Origin: a bacterium
GTDB lineage: Bacteria; SM23-31
DNA: 64,000 bases
Assembly (NCBI GenBank): GCA_965249485.1
Contig: OZ252239.1
Span: 544,001-608,000 of the forward strand
Direction of reading: 5' to 3'
Shown here: positions 62,807 to 64,000 of the stretch, piece by piece
How the letters are laid out: every line of letters starts with the position of its first letter
How positions within the stretch are numbered: position 1 is the stretch's first letter
Translations under genes and position numbers: made by a program
The notes under the pieces: generated by a model
Told to the model about the DNA's origin: nothing
The model's database searches: none
The model's input: the letters and a program-made list of their open reading frames with translations, nothing else

Positions 62807-63929
62807 TTATTGATTTTGAATACGGACTCGGCTGTTGTCCTCTAAAGTGTATTGCCCTGCAACAACAATCTTTTCACCAACCGTCAGACCGGACACTATT
62901 TGAATATCACTACCCGATTCCTTCCCGAGTACAACAGCCCTCTTCTTTACATTTATTACCGTTGACGACGAATACAACCTTTTCGCCAAACCTCTCGATC
63001 ACTGCGTCCTGTGGAATCAAAACAACATCTTTAAGAACACCTAATTCTATTGTAACACGGGTTATCATTCCCGACTTGAGCTGCCCGTTTCTGCCATTCG
63101 GCACTATAACCTCAATAGGAAAGGTGTGGGATTGAGCACTAGCTTCCGGGCTTACAGCATATATTTTTCCTGTAAATGGTTGATTAGGATATGCATCAGC
63201 TTGAATCAATACAGGCATATTCTGTTTCAGGTATACAATATCCTGCTCAGAAACGTTAATGTCTATTTTTATTGTTTCTATGTCCACTACTTTTACTATT
63301 GGTTGATGAACCGATACAATACTGCCGGTTTCAACGTTTCTCTCAGCAATATGACCACTGATCGGACTGGTGATTTTTGTATTTCTGACCTGCCGCTGAG
63401 CGCTTTGAACTGCTGCTTCATTACTCAGAAAGACAGATCGCGCAAGTTCATGCTGCACACGAATGTTTTCGAACTCATCCTCTGAAATTTCTTCATTTTG
63501 CCGTAAAACAGCGTATCTATCGAGGTCTAATTTCGCTTTTTCAAATGCTGCTGAGGCATTTATGAGTTGTGCTTCGACCTGATCCAAAGCAAGATTAGGC
63601 AGCTCATCATCAATGAGTGCGATGACGGAACTTTGCTGCACATAGTCGCCTAATTCAGCGAAGACATTAACTGTTTTTCCGGATATTTCAGTTGCAACAA
63701 TGACCGATTGAAACGGTTTAGTCACACCGGTTTCCGTTATAGTGGTGACAATATCTCCTGTCAAAACGTCGGCAATTTCGACTGGAACTTCCTGCTTCTC
63801 TTCTTGAGGTATCGCACTTGAATTTGTTGTAGAGTCAGCAGTAGATTCTGTATTTACAAATTGCATAAAAATAGTGATGACCGCGAGTACACCAATCATT
63901 ATTATTGCAAAAAAATATGGCCGTTTCAT
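62807..63929 (-). CDS. RND periplasmic adaptor (membrane fusion protein), frameshifted near C-terminus
   Basis: ITSPISG lipoyl halves; +1 shift near 62950-62957 restores VKKRAVVLG...IVSGLTVGEKIVVAGQ. Confidence 0.88.
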
Positions 63930-63930
63930 T

Positions 63931-64000
63931 CTAATTAACTCCTGTTAAAAGTGTTTCATCAAGCGATTTTCCGATTGTCCGCTCTAGATCTGCTCCCGCA
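63931..64000 (-). CDS. Probable TolC-family outer-membrane factor, C-terminal fragment
   Basis: Manual translation AGADLERTIGKSLDETLLTGVN*; stop 1 nt before the adaptor ATG; position in RND operon. Confidence 0.6.
   Translation of the reverse strand, partial: AGADLERTIGKSLDETLLTGVN

Overview
Core chromosomal segment of a diderm (LPS-making) bacterium. SprA, two FlgD-Ig/T9SS-type C-terminal-domain proteins and an archaeal/eukaryotic-type ProRS point to the FCB group. Canonical TTGACA-N17-TAnnnT promoters and GGAGG Shine-Dalgarno sites argue against Bacteroidota proper, so a KSB1/Marinisomatota-like lineage is my inference. The window holds about 45 genes, mostly housekeeping (parA, sprA, ybeY, proS, purC, mdh, lpxB, recN, murA, der, secA, nusB, ilvE, phoH, an RND efflux set). 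I saw no rRNA, tRNA, CRISPR array, integrase or intact IS. Most notable: (1) a SprA translocon followed by two paralogous Cys-rich microproteins, with candidate secretion cargo in the same window; (2) an 11-heme c/b-type CbcL-like cytochrome; (3) a Braun-lipoprotein-sized coiled-coil lipoprotein paired with a coiled-coil/2xLysM protein; (4) a JAB-DinG fusion; (5) a DUF5610-like gene with a sigma28-like promoter, a GGA-hairpin leader and a structured 3' region; (6) a window-wide decay-or-error signature of three +1 frameshifts, in-frame stops and substitutions at normally conserved residues. All family assignments come from motif recognition by eye; no database search was run.
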